A stretch of 58,554 nt of DNA from contig JAFVBL010000031.1 in assembly GCA_017479985.1 (NCBI GenBank), forward strand, positions 1 through 58,554, written 5' to 3'. The notes under the pieces were generated by a model that was not told where the DNA came from, did not search any database, and saw only the letters and a list, made by a program, of their open reading frames with translations. Both the position numbers and the translations under genes were made by a program. The stretch's first letter is position 1. Each line of letters opens with the position of its first letter. The DNA is from Alphaproteobacteria bacterium. Its GTDB lineage: Bacteria > Pseudomonadota > Alphaproteobacteria > RF32 > CAG-239. Positions 1-8,628 of the stretch are shown one piece after another.

Positions 1-133
1 AAGCTTTAACTCCAGTATGCGAGATAATTTAGCTCGTTTTAATCGCAAGAGCAAACGCTATTCAAAAACCTTAGAAATGCTTGATAACACCTTGCTCCTC
101 TTCTTTAATAAACACATCATCAGTATTAAGTGA
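1..133 (+). mobile_element. 3' end of IS1-family transposase (truncated by window edge)
   Basis: Frame 2 reads SFNSSMRDNLARFNRKSKRYSKTLEMLDNTLLLFFNKHIISIK* (stop TGA 131-133). This matches the IS1/InsB C-terminal pattern ExxNxxxRxxLARxxRKxxxYSKxxEM. Confidence 0.7.
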
Positions 134-208
134 ATAATCTGCATTAAAATGGGGGTTTTCAGCAAAGCTTTTAATAAAACGATTCGTTTAAATAAAGGAG
201 GATATGAA

Positions 209-913
209 ATGAGTGATGAGCAATTAAATCAAGCATTCAGCAAGGAAGAATTGGGTTTTCTTGAAAATGTGGCAAAGCCTGAAATTCAACCAACAGAAGA
301 AGAAAAGAAATTGTTGGTCGATAAAGATTTAGTGCTTATTGAAGATAAGGCAGATGTATTTGGTTATCAGCATAAAGACGGAACAAGAGTTTTAACTCGT
401 TGTGTCAATGTCTATGAAGACCCTGTGACAGGAGGGTATGAAGATGGTGAGGAGATACTTGAGAGCAGTGGAATTGTATTATATGGTGACAAAATAAGAG
501 CGGTTGCACTTATTAAAGGTGAAAATTATGTGCGTCTTGCTTTTAAGCATACTTTCAAGATAGATGATTTCGAAAGCGTAAATTTGAACATTAGCATAGG
601 TAAATTAGGAGAGGATAATAGCCGTGCATCGTTGGATTTCATAGATGAGTATTTTCATAGATATGAAGAAGACGTAGATTATTGGGAATACGATAATGGT
701 TCGATGATAGATGCGGAGATACATAATATTTTAGGCAAAGAAAATCCGGCTCTGCGTGATGTATTCCGACAATATATACCTGAGGGAGTTGATATTGCCA
801 ATACATTGACCAGGCATAGAGAAAATTTAAACACAATGAAAGATGCAACACAAGAGCAAATCAATCAGGCCGTGTTTATGAAAGCATTGGATAAGTGGAA
901 AAATACGAAATAA
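209..913 (+). CDS. Hypothetical acidic protein (AT-rich gene)
   Basis: ORF 149..913. GGAGGA RBS before ATG 209 suggests the later start. No motif recognised. Confidence 0.6.
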   Translation: MSDEQLNQAFSKEELGFLENVAKPEIQPTEEEKKLLVDKDLVLIEDKADVFGYQHKDGTRVLTRCVNVYEDPVTGGYEDGEEILESSGIVLYGDKIRAVALIKGENYVRLAFKHTFKIDDFESVNLNISIGKLGEDNSRASLDFIDEYFHRYEEDVDYWEYDNGSMIDAEIHNILGKENPALRDVFRQYIPEGVDIANTLTRHRENLNTMKDATQEQINQAVFMKALDKWKNTK

Positions 914-942
914 AATTCACGGTAATTTACTTTGAATGTAGA

Positions 943-979
943 AAGCGGCGGATTTTATATCTGTCGCTTCCGATTTTTT
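943..979 (+). terminator. Putative intrinsic terminator
   Basis: AAGCGGCGGAT / ATCTGTCGCTT stem (with G-U pairs) followed shortly by a T run. Confidence 0.5.
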
Positions 980-1166
980 GCCGATTCTGTATTTTTTGCT
1001 TGAAAATTGTGTAAAAATGGTGTAGGTTGCTCTCACTTCTGAGAAGGCAGATTGCGGAGGAGTAGGGTGAGTGAAGGCTTGCCGCTTGTTTTGCAATCTC
1101 GTCGCAAATTGAGGTTTGTGACTATCGGGACAATAATATTAACAACAAAATATAAGGATAAATTTA

Positions 1167-1781
1167 ATGAAAAGTATCGTTTCTGCAAAGAAAAAACTCA
1201 GCCGTAGCTACGGCGACAACCTTTGGGGTGACGGCAACAGTCCGTTTAATAAAAGAAGCTATCGCCCGGGACAACACGGTCAAAGAAGAGCAAAAGTTAC
1301 CGACTACGGTCAACAATTGATTGCCAAACAAAAACTGAAAGTTTATTACGGTAATATTTCCGAAAAACAGTTCGGTAAATATTATGCCGAAGCTATTCGT
1401 CGTTCGGGCGATGCCGCCGAAAACTTAATCGGTTTGCTCGAGTCACGTCTGGATAACTTGGTTTATAAGGCTAAGTTTGTTCCGACCGTTTTTGCGGCAC
1501 GTCAGTTTGTAAACCACGGTCACGTTACCGTTAACGGTAAAAAAGTAAACATTCCGTCCTATATGGTCAAGGCCGGCGATGTGATTGAAGTTCGAGAAAA
1601 ATCCAAGAGTATGGCTATTGTTTCTGCCGCTCTCGAATCGCAAACGCGCGAATGGCCTACATATTTGGAAGTTGATGCCAAAAAAATGAAGGCAACTTAT
1701 ACATTTGTGCCGAAGTTTGAAGATGTTCCGTACGCAGCCGTGATGGAACCGAATTTGGTAATCGAATATTACTCCAGATAG
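1167..1781 (+). CDS. rpsD: 30S ribosomal protein S4
   Basis: Motifs [29 protein letters not shown] and C-terminal VIEYYSR. Confidence 0.98.
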   Translation: MKSIVSAKKKLSRSYGDNLWGDGNSPFNKRSYRPGQHGQRRAKVTDYGQQLIAKQKLKVYYGNISEKQFGKYYAEAIRRSGDAAENLIGLLESRLDNLVYKAKFVPTVFAARQFVNHGHVTVNGKKVNIPSYMVKAGDVIEVREKSKSMAIVSAALESQTREWPTYLEVDAKKMKATYTFVPKFEDVPYAAVMEPNLVIEYYSR

Positions 1782-1798
1782 TAAAAACTTATATAATT

Positions 1799-1870
1799 GG
1801 CTACTATCAAAGGTTTTTTCCCTTATGTACTACTTTGTACACTGCGGGAGAAAACCTTTTTCTATTAGCC
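1799..1870 (+). terminator. Long hairpin after rpsD (probable terminator) with a central TGTAC-N6-GTACA
   Basis: AAAGGTTTTTTCCC (1809-1822) pairs with GGGAGAAAACCTTT (1846-1859). Outer GGCTA/TAGCC pair also present. Confidence 0.5.
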
Positions 1871-2238
1871 TAATTCTATGAGTTTTTTAAGGTTGATGTA
1901 CCTTTTTGTACACCGCGTCAGCACGCTAACTTCGTATTAACCGCACTAAAAGAGTTTTTAAGGAGTATGGTTCTGACCGCAGGAAATTAACCAAATTCTT
2001 CGAATTTTTTTCGGTGCGGCAGCCGAGCTCTTGAAATAAACGGGAGATGCAATCTTAATCAAATCCTGCCCTGTTTGCTATAAATACGGTTTTGGCGAAG
2101 GCAGCGGTTACAATCGTATCGGTAAAGTTTTAATGAAAATCAGATGAATTGCAAAAATAATGTCTATCAATTTTGCTTGCAATAATATGGCAAGTATTGT
2201 ATAAATTGTGCAAAAATAATATAGCAACGGAGAAAAAA

Positions 2239-3177
2239 ATGAGTACGGATAATTTAGAAAATCAGGCAAGCAATAATATTTTTGAGGCGTATGTGAAGGC
2301 TCTTCGAAATTACTTTAATTTCAAGGGGCGGACTTCCCGATATGATTATTGGGGATTTTGGTTGACCGATATGTTGGTCATTATAATTTTTTCCGTTTTA
2401 AGCGTGTTTTTGAAAGAAACGCCGGCTTTTTCGTCATTGTCGGATAATTTGAAACAAGCATACGGTTTGTTGCTGATTATCCCGAGAATTGCCGCCATTG
2501 TTCGGCGTTTTCACGATACAAACAAAAGTGCCGTCAAATGGATTTTATTGCCGGTTGTGGTATCTTTTCTGTTTTTGTCTGGTATCGTTGCCGTTATAAC
2601 AGATAAAAGTACAGTTTCGATTTGGGCTTCGATGTTGGTTTTGGTATTGATTGTCGGTCTTTGGGTTTGCTTGTTTCGGCGCGGTTTGCCGGAAGATAAT
2701 AAATACGGACCGGCGATTGCGGAAAATAAGGGACAGCATAACAAAGGTATTATTATACCGATTGTTGCGTGGATTATTCCGATTATCGCAGTGCTCTTGG
2801 TCGGTGCAATCGGCGGCTACTCAAAAGCGATGACAGTACATAAGGCCGACCGGACGGCAACATCGGTTTATCGCTTGTTGGGCAGTGCCAAAGGGTTGAA
2901 CGGAGAAACTCCGATTGTTGAAGAAAATCAGGAAGGACGTACGGGAGAGGTTCTGCTGAAAGGTATGATACCTCTGGGCGGTGAAATGAATATCCGACGT
3001 GTGAACGGTTTGTATACGGTAACGCTTGATGAGGTATCGCAGGCAGGCTGTGAGGCTTTGTTTAAGCATAACTGGAGTGAATTGCCGGAATTTATCGGAT
3101 TGCAAATACAAGGTAAGACCGACTGCACAAGTTGTACGGAACAGAATCCTTGCACGCTTGAGTGGATATATAAATAA
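2239..3177 (+). CDS. DUF805 (YhaH-like) membrane protein fused to a C-terminal pilin-like domain
   Basis: N-terminal YFNFKGRTSRYDYW...RRFHD...NKYG is the DUF805 signature. The C-terminus has a hydrophobic helix, GGYSKAM, PLGG and Cys residues, which look pilin-like. Start placed at ATG 2239 after GGAG. Confidence 0.75.
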   Translation: MSTDNLENQASNNIFEAYVKALRNYFNFKGRTSRYDYWGFWLTDMLVIIIFSVLSVFLKETPAFSSLSDNLKQAYGLLLIIPRIAAIVRRFHDTNKSAVKWILLPVVVSFLFLSGIVAVITDKSTVSIWASMLVLVLIVGLWVCLFRRGLPEDNKYGPAIAENKGQHNKGIIIPIVAWIIPIIAVLLVGAIGGYSKAMTVHKADRTATSVYRLLGSAKGLNGETPIVEENQEGRTGEVLLKGMIPLGGEMNIRRVNGLYTVTLDEVSQAGCEALFKHNWSELPEFIGLQIQGKTDCTSCTEQNPCTLEWIYK

Positions 3178-3788
3178 TGGTTAAAGTAATCGGAATTATC
3201 GGTGACAGTATTGCGCACGGCTTTTATGATGCCGAGGATTTGGGCTGGGTAGCGCGTTTGGGGCGTCTTATTTTGCAAACGCGCACAGGTGAATATGTGT
3301 TTAATAATATGGCGCAATCAGGAGATAATATTGCCGATGCATATCATCGCGCGGTTACGGAAGTCGGCTCGCGGCATTTTGATTTAATTATGGTCAATGT
3401 TGGAATTAACGATTTGCGTCGCCGCATAAACAGCGATATGCAACTTGATTTCTCGGAAGGTGCGCGCATAATGTATTGGCAAAAACTTTTGGCTTTTTTG
3501 CTTACGACTGATGCCAAAATCGTGGTGACTGATCTGTTGCCTGTGGTGGAAGAAAAATATACCGAAGATGCGTCGCTTGTGCGCTATAACAGCGATGTCG
3601 AGCGTTATAATGAAATAATTCGCGATATCTGTGCCGACTTTGGAGTGCCGTTTTTGGCGCGCTATGCGGTATGGAAAAATCGTAATTTGCCGGAATTGTA
3701 TCAAGATGCAACGCACCCGAATGCGCAAGGTCATCAGATTTTGGCGGAAGAAATATATGCCTTTTTGCAAGAACAAAGATTGATTTAG
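3177..3788 (+). CDS. SGNH/GDSL hydrolase
   Basis: GDSI block I, GIND block III and DATHP block V. Confidence 0.92.
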   Translation: MVKVIGIIGDSIAHGFYDAEDLGWVARLGRLILQTRTGEYVFNNMAQSGDNIADAYHRAVTEVGSRHFDLIMVNVGINDLRRRINSDMQLDFSEGARIMYWQKLLAFLLTTDAKIVVTDLLPVVEEKYTEDASLVRYNSDVERYNEIIRDICADFGVPFLARYAVWKNRNLPELYQDATHPNAQGHQILAEEIYAFLQEQRLI

Positions 3789-3888
3789 TGGGTTATCGTA
3801 TATTGACTCTCGACTGATATTGTCTATAATATCGAAGATTATCAATTTTTGTTATATCTTATATGTTTCACTAAATTATTTAACGTAT

Positions 3889-4209
3889 ATGCGGAAAAAA
3901 ATTTTTAAAGTTTCTGATTTTCGTAAAGTTTGGGGCAAATTAGTCGAACTGAGAGCGAGAGATTCGATGGACAAATCGGATACGAGTTTTCTGGAGATTC
4001 TGAACACTATGGAACAAATGTCCGACGAACAACTGCTGCAGGCCAAGCTTTATGCCGATTTGGGTATGGATTCTATGAGTTTGGCAGAGATGCTGACCTA
4101 TATGGAATTTACCTGTAAGTTTCATATTTCAGATGAAATCTATACAACTCTCGGGACCGGTGTCACGGTAACGGTACAAAAGTTCATTGATGCCGTGAAC
4201 GCAAAGTAA
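3889..4209 (+). CDS. Divergent acyl carrier protein-like protein
   Basis: DLGMDSMSLAEM phosphopantetheine-attachment motif and C-terminal TVQKFIDAV. Start codon uncertain (ORF opens at 3820). Confidence 0.7.
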   Translation: MRKKIFKVSDFRKVWGKLVELRARDSMDKSDTSFLEILNTMEQMSDEQLLQAKLYADLGMDSMSLAEMLTYMEFTCKFHISDEIYTTLGTGVTVTVQKFIDAVNAK

Positions 4210-4231
4210 GCGCGGTAAGCAAGAGCTAGAA

Positions 4232-4279
4232 AATAAAAACGGACATTTATCTTGTTTCAGATAAGTGTCCGTTTTTATT
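4232..4279. terminator. Bidirectional terminator between convergent genes
   Basis: AATAAAAACGGACATTTATCT / AGATAAGTGTCCGTTTTTATT inverted repeat flanked by A and T tracts. Confidence 0.75.
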
Positions 4280-4303
4280 ATAGAGCGTGACATCTTCTGC
4301 CGC

Positions 4304-4798
4304 TTAATCCAATAAACCGCAATATCGGATATTTGCCGGCGTTTCCGGAGAATAATAGTTCTCTGGCATAGCTTCTTTGCCGCCGTCAAATTTGACAATC
4401 CAATTCAGATTGCCGCCGCGGGCAAAATACGAGCCTTTCAAAAGCGGTTTATCCATAACACGCAGCTGAGCATTGAGGTCATCTTGAAGTTTGTAAACTT
4501 CGAGCCAGATATTCCGATCGGGCAGACGGTTCTGATTGGCTTGATGACGGAGTAAATCCTCATCTTGATTCAGTTCAAGATACCAGTTGCCGGCAAACGG
4601 GAAAATACCAATCGGATTCATTTCTCGGCCTTTGTCAAAGGGCAGACGATACGGCACACCGTGAACGAGACACAGAAGGTCGAACTTTTTCGGCAGAAAA
4701 TCAGGATTTTCCCGTTGTTCGAGTTGTAAATCGCTGACGGTAATCCCGTTCAAATACATTTCGCGCAGAATTTGCACAATTTTTTCTTTTTTGTTCAT
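4304..4798 (-). CDS. Hypothetical protein
   Basis: 164-aa ORF with protein-like composition. No motif recognised. Confidence 0.6.
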   Translation of the reverse strand: MNKKEKIVQILREMYLNGITVSDLQLEQRENPDFLPKKFDLLCLVHGVPYRLPFDKGREMNPIGIFPFAGNWYLELNQDEDLLRHQANQNRLPDRNIWLEVYKLQDDLNAQLRVMDKPLLKGSYFARGGNLNWIVKFDGGKEAMPENYYSPETPANIRYCGLLD

Positions 4799-4940
4799 AA
4801 GCTAGAATAATTGGTGAAACCATAATTGTAAATGTTTGTTTCAGAATAGCATAAATTTGCCAAAAGTCAAGTTTTGCTGTTCTTTCAGGTATCTGGAAAT
4901 TTTTGTATTTGCATATATTTAAATGCACACGGGAGGAAAG

Positions 4941-5150
4941 ATGTTCAGATTGTTTAAATTGATTTTTTTTGCAGTGTTACTGTTTTTGTTTGCCGAAGGA
5001 GCACATAGCTTCAGCCGTATGCACGGCGGTTTCGGGAATATGCTGCATCAATTTGAGAGCGAGCTTTTGCATACAGCGCAGTTGATGTTGCGTCAGGGAA
5101 CGACAGAAATGCAAAAAAAGGCAGAGGATTATATGGATAAGCTGGAATAA
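4941..5150 (+). CDS. Small exported or membrane-anchored hypothetical protein
   Basis: GGAGG RBS before ATG 4941 and an N-terminal hydrophobic signal-like segment. Confidence 0.6.
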   Translation: MFRLFKLIFFAVLLFLFAEGAHSFSRMHGGFGNMLHQFESELLHTAQLMLRQGTTEMQKKAEDYMDKLE

Positions 5151-5158
5151 CGCTGCGG

Positions 5159-6550
5159 TTACTTTCCTTCCAAAATTGCCTTAAACAATTCGTGTACACT
5201 CGGAATATGGTTGTGTGCATACATCGGGTCGGTCGCAAAGCGATAGACATTGTGACCGGCAAACGCCAGATTGTTCTGAATATCTCCGCCGTGTCCGATA
5301 TTCATCAGGGTGTTGTGTATGCAATATGTGCGCGGGTCAGGTATTTTACCGGTGGTGCCGTTTTCACGTGACCAGCTTGAAAATTGACATTGCGAGAGGC
5401 AACCGACACATTCCGAACGTTGTTTTTGCATTTCAATCCATTCGTCCGGTGTCAAAAAGACCAATGTTGAATCCGGCGTTTCTTTAATCATTGAGTAGCC
5501 GAGCGTGCGCTGTTCTTCAACCTTTTTCTTGTCGTCAGGACGGATATAAACCGCTTTATGCGGGGCAATCGGCAATAAGAACGTCAGCTCATTCGTTGCC
5601 GTGCCGCTATACGGAATTTCGGCCTTTTTGCGGCGCATCAGATTGCTGAGGAATTTGTTTTTAATCGCCGAAGAAAAGAAACCGGTCGGGCTGAATTTTT
5701 GTAAAATCACATCACCTTTTTGGGCGTGCATCATTAGGATTTTCCAAGCATCGCTTATCGGGCTTTCCTTGGTAATCATCGGGCGTGTGCCGAATTGAAA
5801 TGCAACATTGCCGAGTTCCGGATTATCGATATAATCCTGCCAATCGCTGAGGCTCCAAACACCGCCGGCAATAATAATCGGCAGATTTTTTAAACCGAGT
5901 TCATTTAAAACGTTGCGTAACGCTACCAATCGTTCATACGGGCGTTCCGGTGCAAGCGGATTTTCGGCGTTGGATAGGCCGTTATGACCGCCGGCGAGCC
6001 ACGGGTCTTCATAAACAACACCACCCAAATATTCGGCATAGTTTTTGAAGGCGCGTTTCCATAAGACGGACATTGCGCGTGCTGAAGATATAATCGGATA
6101 ATAATAAACATTGTGTTCTGAGGCGATTTTGCCTAAGTTATACGGTAAGCCGGCACCGCAAGTCACACCGTGAATCAATCCCTTTGCGCCGTCCAAAACG
6201 CGGGTGATTACCTCTTGCGAATCGGCCATTTCCCACAGCATATTGATATGTATACGACCGTTGCCCGCGGCAATATCGTGTGCAATTTGCGCTTGAGCAA
6301 TACCGCCTCTGATGGCATATTCCACCATTTCGCGATGGCGTTTGGCGCGGATTTTTTCGTGAAAAACTTCCGGAATAATTGTTCCTTCCAAAGAAATGTC
6401 GGTCGGACTGACCATAGAGATAGTGCCGACACCGCCTTCTTTTGCCCACGAACCGGAACTTTTGCCGTCCGTACCGTTTATGCCTTTTCCACCCTCAATC
6501 AACGGATAGACCATTGCTCCCGATATATTGATTTTTCTCAATGCCTTCAT
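5159..6550 (-). CDS. Nitronate monooxygenase / 2-nitropropane dioxygenase-family flavin oxidoreductase with Fe-S motif
   Basis: PLIEGGKG, GAGLP, EDPWLAGGHNG, QFGTR and C-terminal CxxCxxxC. Confidence 0.88.
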   Translation of the reverse strand: MKALRKINISGAMVYPLIEGGKGINGTDGKSSGSWAKEGGVGTISMVSPTDISLEGTIIPEVFHEKIRAKRHREMVEYAIRGGIAQAQIAHDIAAGNGRIHINMLWEMADSQEVITRVLDGAKGLIHGVTCGAGLPYNLGKIASEHNVYYYPIISSARAMSVLWKRAFKNYAEYLGGVVYEDPWLAGGHNGLSNAENPLAPERPYERLVALRNVLNELGLKNLPIIIAGGVWSLSDWQDYIDNPELGNVAFQFGTRPMITKESPISDAWKILMMHAQKGDVILQKFSPTGFFSSAIKNKFLSNLMRRKKAEIPYSGTATNELTFLLPIAPHKAVYIRPDDKKKVEEQRTLGYSMIKETPDSTLVFLTPDEWIEMQKQRSECVGCLSQCQFSSWSRENGTTGKIPDPRTYCIHNTLMNIGHGGDIQNNLAFAGHNVYRFATDPMYAHNHIPSVHELFKAILEGK

Positions 6551-6708
6551 TTTTTGCCTCTCTTGTTTTGTTCACATTCTGTTATTTTCCGAATCGTGTC
6601 GGAATCATATACAGACAATATAATCATTTTTACACGTTTGAAAAGTAGGCACTTTTTCGGGGCTTAGTTTCCTTTAAGGAACTGTTGGGGCAGGTTTTGC
6701 TTTTTTGC

Positions 6709-6736
6709 TTGCAATTTATAAGGTTTGTTTTAATAT
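6709..6736 (+). promoter_or_regulatory. Putative sigma70 promoter of cassette copy 1
   Basis: TTGCAA-N16-TAATAT. Identical in copy 2, and TTGAAT-N16-TATCAT at the equivalent position in copy 3. Confidence 0.6.
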
Positions 6737-6743
6737 AACATTT

Positions 6744-6925
6744 GCCGGCGAGAGGTCGTCGGCGGAGTGTCACAACTCCACGAATAAAAAAATACTCCTC
6801 TGTTGGTGGGGAGCCGGCGGAATATATTGAATACGCCGGACTGATTATTCGCAGTTGTGAACTCCCGACCACTTTTTCGAGTGGTCGCTTTTGTTTTAAT
6901 TTAACAAATTAAGGAGTTCTGAACG
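6744..6925 (+). ncRNA. Structured leader / C4-CI-like antisense RNA candidate, copy 1
   Basis: Hairpins at 6744-6763 and 6764-6779. Cloverleaf 6804-6871 with arms CCGGCG/CGCCGG and ACTG/CAGT. Terminator hairpin 6866-6887 plus T tract. Confidence 0.7.
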
Positions 6926-7159
6926 ATGATAAACAACACAATAACCTTCAAACAACAAAATCTGAAAGAAATCGGACACGCATTATGGTTGGCACGACAG
7001 GAAAAACCTCTGTTTATCTATCAGGTTGCCAAACGCGCAAGAGTACCGATTGATATGATTGACGTAATGGAATTGGGGAAAGCCGTTGATGAATATAATC
7101 TGCGGAAATTACTCAAATTTTATGGTAAAAAAATGCGCATCGTGTTTGAAGAAAAGTGA
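6926..7159 (+). CDS. Small Xre/Cro-like helix-turn-helix protein, copy 1
   Basis: IGHALWLARQEK-x-IYQVAKRARVP-x-IDVMELGK fits the Xre HTH pattern. AAGGAG RBS. Paralogs at 19992 and 24223. Confidence 0.8.
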   Translation: MINNTITFKQQNLKEIGHALWLARQEKPLFIYQVAKRARVPIDMIDVMELGKAVDEYNLRKLLKFYGKKMRIVFEEK

Positions 7160-7173
7160 CTTAGATGCAATAT

Positions 7174-8628
7174 TTATTCGCTCAGTTTAAACCAATCCGA
7201 CGGAATGCCGTTGACAATCAGAAAGGCGATTAAAAGACAGATATAAGCATAAATTTGCAGCATACTTAAAATATTTTCATACTTTTTGTTCGGTAAATGC
7301 GGCGCTAAGATATGCAGGAGTTTATTGACGCCGCTGATGCCGAGTATTATCAGTATGAATTGTATGAAAACGCCGCTGTTTTGCAGTTGTTCTTTAAATG
7401 CAGCGGCTATTTTATGCAAAAACGTGAAAAACACCAACAAAAAAGCCAGAAAACCGTTGAGCGCATAATATTTGATTTTATCAAATTGCTCTTTTTCAAT
7501 TTTTTTGCGGCGCAAGTTTTCCGTAACAAGTTTTTTAACTTCAAGACCGCGGACGGTTTGCGGTTCTTCCTGTTGTTTTTTATAATTATCAACTTGGATT
7601 TTGAACTTTTCCGCCGCAATGCACAGACCGCAGCCCTTCGGCGTGAAATAGACGTGATTCTTATCTTTTTTACAACGTTTGTAATGGTTGAGCAAATAAT
7701 CAAGATGAGCTTGCCATTCAAGCGCAGTCGGTCGTTCTTTGTCTTTGGCGAACGCACGTTCAAACAGGTTCATCGTTTCTTTGTCAAGATAGTCGTGAAT
7801 GCTGTACGGGTGCGGACGCTGATACGAATCCGGCCAAAAACCGTAGGCGTAATGATAGCCGGCAATGCGCTCTTGTATGGAAAGCATATCTTCTTTTTTG
7901 ACCGGCGTGCCCGAAAACGGATGTATGCCGTCATTCAACAGTTTGAAAATAATCACCGCCAACGCAAATTTATCTTGTTCTTCGCCCATTTCTTCGCAGG
8001 TCTGATTCATTCCTTCCGGATAAATATATTCTTCGCTGACAAACTCTGCGGGATAACGTGCGCCGTTTTCACCTTTAATCGAAAAGCCGTCACAGTCAAA
8101 TGCCACCACCAACTGATTTTGTTTGTATATCGAAACGTTGGAAGGTTTCAAATCCACAATGTAGTGTCCGCAAGCGTGCAAGGCCGCAACAACGGATGTA
8201 ATATTATAGGCGGCAAAAACACGGTCGAGATAGCGTTCGCTCAGACCGAGTTTGCGTCGTACGGCTTTTTGAATCAGATAATCAAGCGAAATGGCTTCAG
8301 TTGTATCAATTAGCGGCATAAGATAACCGACACAAAAGCCTTGGGTATCTTCCAAAAGAGCCGTCGGCCAAGCAATTTGGTGATATTCTTTTTCCTTGTA
8401 GGTAATGGTCGGAATATTCGGACGATTGTGAAGCATTGCCTCCAATTTTTGCCGGTTTGTGCCGCTGCGTTCTTTGGTATGAAAGATTTTTGCCACACTG
8501 TTCGGGTGGGTTAAATCACGATAGATTTTACCTGCAGCGCCGCCTTTGTTGAGCAATTCGCCCAAAAGAACGCGTTCGTTATGACCGTCGGGATAAAGCG
8601 CCAAACATAACATACGTGCTTCTGCCAT
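7174..8628 (-). CDS. Ser/Thr protein kinase with C-terminal TM helices (YegI-like, TerY-P triad)
   Basis: GGAAGKIY, VAKIF, IAWP, GYLMP, DLKPSN, DCDGF, DKFALAV, HPFSG. Start ATG 8628 overlaps the phosphatase stop (TAATG). Confidence 0.88.
   Translation of the reverse strand: MAEARMLCLALYPDGHNERVLLGELLNKGGAAGKIYRDLTHPNSVAKIFHTKERSGTNRQKLEAMLHNRPNIPTITYKEKEYHQIAWPTALLEDTQGFCVGYLMPLIDTTEAISLDYLIQKAVRRKLGLSERYLDRVFAAYNITSVVAALHACGHYIVDLKPSNVSIYKQNQLVVAFDCDGFSIKGENGARYPAEFVSEEYIYPEGMNQTCEEMGEEQDKFALAVIIFKLLNDGIHPFSGTPVKKEDMLSIQERIAGYHYAYGFWPDSYQRPHPYSIHDYLDKETMNLFERAFAKDKERPTALEWQAHLDYLLNHYKRCKKDKNHVYFTPKGCGLCIAAEKFKIQVDNYKKQQEEPQTVRGLEVKKLVTENLRRKKIEKEQFDKIKYYALNGFLAFLLVFFTFLHKIAAAFKEQLQNSGVFIQFILIILGISGVNKLLHILAPHLPNKKYENILSMLQIYAYICLLIAFLIVNGIPSDWFKLSE

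Larger units (their letters stand above)
6702..7150 (+). repeat. Dispersed promoter-leader RNA-HTH cassette, copy 1
   Basis: Near-identical to 19768-20216 (promoter and start codon both offset by 13066). Leader is about 90% identical to the reverse complement of 24224-24390. Confidence 0.95.

Noticed and set aside
1020-1166. Hairpins in the rpsD 5' region as a possible S4 autoregulatory leader
   Set aside because: Stems exist (GATTGCGG/TTGCAATC, GTCGCAAAT/GTTTGTGAC), but one sequence gives no covariation support and I cannot match a known family.
6804-6871. Cloverleaf considered as a tRNA or known riboswitch
   Set aside because: It has no T-loop GTTC motif or D-loop and only two internal arms. 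I could not match it to any riboswitch consensus I know. cmscan is needed to exclude this formally.
6630-6872. Antisense ORF MVGSSQLRIISPAYSIYSAGSPP..., with similar ORFs at 19531-19938 and 19851-20045
   Set aside because: These are shadows of the repeated leader. A 1-nt loop indel in copy 2 splits the frame while the stems are kept, so the constraint is on RNA structure, not a peptide.
6702-7159. Cassette considered as a classical MITE or IS
   Set aside because: No terminal inverted repeats, target-site duplications or transposase were visible at any copy.
7312-8313. 333-aa plus-strand ORF
   Set aside because: It lies fully antisense to the kinase, which has clear catalytic motifs. Its Phe-rich composition is typical of a shadow frame.
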